DNA of 64,000 nucleotides from Elsinoe ampelina (Eukaryota): NCBI GenBank assembly GCA_010093995.1, contig ML992501.1, positions 2,996,489 to 3,060,488 of the forward strand, read 5' to 3'. Shown piece by piece: positions 61,321 to 64,000 of this stretch (position 1 is its first letter; each line of letters starts with the position of its first letter). The notes under the pieces were generated by a model. It saw only the letters and a program-made list of their open reading frames with translations, ran no database searches and was not told where the DNA came from. The position numbers and the translations under genes were made by a program.

Positions 61321-62620
61321 ATGCCGGCGCTCCTCATGCGCGCCGCTCAGCTTGTGGCTCGGCAGGGCCCGCCACCTACTCCAGGACCGCCACGGTCGGC
61401 GGAGTACCTCGCCGAGTCGCATGCGTCGAACATTCTCGGTCTGATAGGCTTCTTTACGGTCGCCATCATCATCACCATGATACTCCGCCTCTATGTTCGC
61501 AAGGTCCTACTTAAATCCGTTGGCTCAGACGACATTGTGATGGCTGTCGCCACGGTAAGAGCAAACTTTGCCCCACCTTTACAGCATATAAGCTCATATA
61601 TACAGGTTTGCGCTGTTGGGGTCTTTGCTGGCTTCTGCGCTCAGGTCCAGTATGGGCTTGGTCGCCACACGGAAGTGATCGATTTGGATATGCAGCAGGG
61701 ATTCCAGCGAGTTCAATTTCCAGTGTCACTCTTTACGACGACCGGAGTCACGCTCACAAAGATCTCCATTGCTCTGCTGTTGATGAGACTTGTCACAGAC
61801 TCGAGGGTCATCATCTTCCTTTGGTGCTTCATCGGTAATTAGTCTCACACGACCTCAAACACTACCCTAACCACTTTCCAGCGCTTATCTCGTCGTACAC
61901 TCTTGCCTCGGACTTGACCATTGTCCTGGCATGCATCCCGGTCAATGCTCAGTGGAACTTTGCACTCATGTCGACTGCAAAGTGCTTTCCAATTAGCACC
62001 TTCACCAATTTGGGCCTGGCGAACTCTGTCGTCACTATCGCCACTGATCTGATTCTCGCCTTGCTACCCATGCCCATCGTGTGGAAGTTACACGCCGACA
62101 TACGTACGAAGATTGCATTGATGGCAGTTTTGGCACTTGGTCTGATGTGAGTAAAGCTTAAGATGCCTAATGAGGAAATGCTTAATCTTGCGCAGTGCTT
62201 GTGCCGCCGGTGCAGTCAAAGTTTACTATCAGCTCACGTTCTTGTCGCAGCCAGATCGCTTCTAGTAAGTCGCATCACATGCAAAAGTTCAAGTGCATTA
62301 CTAACACGATCATCAGCAACAACTCCTTTCCTGTCTGGGGAGCCTTGGAGATTTGTATCGCCATCTTGGCCGGTAACCTCCCAACCCTCAAACCGCTGTT
62401 CTCCAACTTCTTTGCCGAGATTTCTTCTGCCGTCAAGTACGGAAGTCGCACAGGTGGACCCTCGCGCAACACAAAGATCAACGAGAACGCTTCCCGCGTG
62501 AATGCCTCGGCTGTGCGCAATGTCGAAAGCCCTCCCAGCGACGATGGTCAGATCGCGTCAAAGGAATTCGACGCTGGAGTTATTGTGGAGGAGATCACTA
62601 TTACGCAGACAAAGGCATGA
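61321..62620 (+). CDS. PTH11-like (fungal rhodopsin-domain) integral membrane receptor without CFEM; four introns (~61555-61606, ~61835-61881, ~62147-62195, ~62265-62316)
   Basis: LRLYVR......G.DD, YGLGRH, KISI.LL..RL, C.P....W, TD.ILALLPMP.VWKL, E...AI.A..LP.LKPL. Confidence 0.88.
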
Positions 62621-64000
62621 AAACCGTAGCACAGGATGGAGAATGCGGAAAAGTACGTGGTATACAGAATGGCACGAGAAGGGAGGATGTGCTCAAGAAG
62701 CATCTTCAGCTGAGATTAGGAAATGGACTTGCTTGTACTACTCTAGATTTACTGTATCATAGAATTCACTATGTTTTCTCTAGAGCTTTCCTCCTCAACT
62801 TCGAAACAATTGGCCTCCACCTTCCAAGCACGGTCCAGTATGGTCAGTCTTCAGTCAGGATACTGGTGATCCTCCAAGATTGGCACAATCCTACGACACC
62901 GCACCATCTCCACCATCAAATCCACGCGACCAAACGTGGCATTAGCTTCGATACTGCAGAAGAAACCCAAAACCCTCATGGCAGTAATGCAACCGATGCC
63001 AATACCGAGATATCCTACCAGAGTTGAGACCGAGCACACCACCATACCGGCAGTCAACAAGATCTTCGTTCAGCGCGCATCCGTGCACAAACAATGACAT
63101 GTCCCATATGGCATCCGCACCATTTACCCTGCCGTTCACAATTGAAGCCACCTTCCTAGAAAGTATGGAAAACGGTCGTGGCAACGGTGGCGTTGGCCAC
63201 GCAGCGGCAAGGCGGCTGATCGTTCGTCTCAGTGAGGAAAGTTCTCATCGGTCGCTATGAGACGTGAGTAAGACTTTGCGTCTGCTGTTTCGTGATGATT
63301 TGAGTTGGGAAGAGGAGGGGGGGTTTCCCGTGCCTTGTGGTGTGATCATGGATCATATGGACGGGTAACTGCGGCCGGGCTAATGAGAAGTCATTGACTT
63401 TCGGATGCTCAATAACTTCATTGGCACTCTCATCTGGGGTATGAGGGCCTTGATAGTAGTCTCACACAGAGCAAGCCCCGAGGCATGTTTTGCCCTCGGG
63501 CTGCGACACTTGAAAGTTGAGGGACAGTCTTCCAAGCGATGCAATCTCTCCGTTATACCGCCACCACAACGGTGGTTCCCCTCGATCATGGCTGAGCATG
63601 GGAGTATCCAAGACCATAGCGGGACATATCTGGCAGTGCCCGATAGAATCGCTCCCGCGTAACGTCGTGCTAGCTTACAGCATGGCATGGCAGCGTTGAC
63701 AAGATGGTATTCCGGCAGTAGTTGACCTCCTTGGGACGAGGCCGCTGAAGACCACGGCAAAATACCTTGCTCGACTCAACAGAAGTAGGACGACAGATTG
63801 AGGTCAACGGGACCCATACATTCACAACGTAGACGAGTATTGGATTGTCACTGAGACTTGACGACGATGCACCGGCTATGCCACCTCCAGGACTCAACTT
63901 CTGGGATATCTGCCAACAGCTCATGATTCAGAGGCATTTGAACCTCATCTGCCGGAGTCCTCATGAGAGGCAGTCCATTATACCTGTTGCATATGTCTTA

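Noticed and set aside
62621..64000. Short ORFs at the right end
   Set aside because: No recognisable motifs or consistent splice structure.
1..64000. tRNA, rRNA, CRISPR or telomeric repeats
   Set aside because: None recognised by eye; tRNAscan-SE or Infernal would be needed to exclude small RNAs.

Overview
Eukaryotic DNA from a filamentous ascomycete (Pezizomycotina, probably a Dothideomycete). Evidence: short GT..AG introns with CTRAC branch sites, fungal orthologues, and RIP-mutated repeat DNA. Bases 1-~1570 are a RIP-degraded Ty1/copia LTR retrotransposon on the minus strand, split by a 540-N gap. About 26 genes follow, mostly conserved: tetraspanin, GEP3, SDH8, ERG5/CYP61, a secreted choice-of-anchor-B protein, rhodanese, PMS1, a DUF3669 protein, BDF1, UTP5, PRM1, mitochondrial aspartate aminotransferase, YPD1, a MNN11-like GT34, a divergent phosphomannose isomerase, VPS39, ARG8, an APH/AIM9-like kinase, an Ino2/4-like bHLH factor and a PTH11-like receptor, plus several orphans. 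The best candidate for something new is 59753-60433: a secreted, Kex2-processed, six-cysteine protein whose motif and cysteine pattern resembles the necrotrophic effector SnTox3. It lies in a gene-poor stretch beside MITE-like inverted repeats and upstream of the PTH11-like gene. The second notable signal is about 13 recurring islands where C-rich sequence flips to G-rich sequence, mostly at gene 3' ends. All family assignments come from motif recognition by eye; no searches were run.
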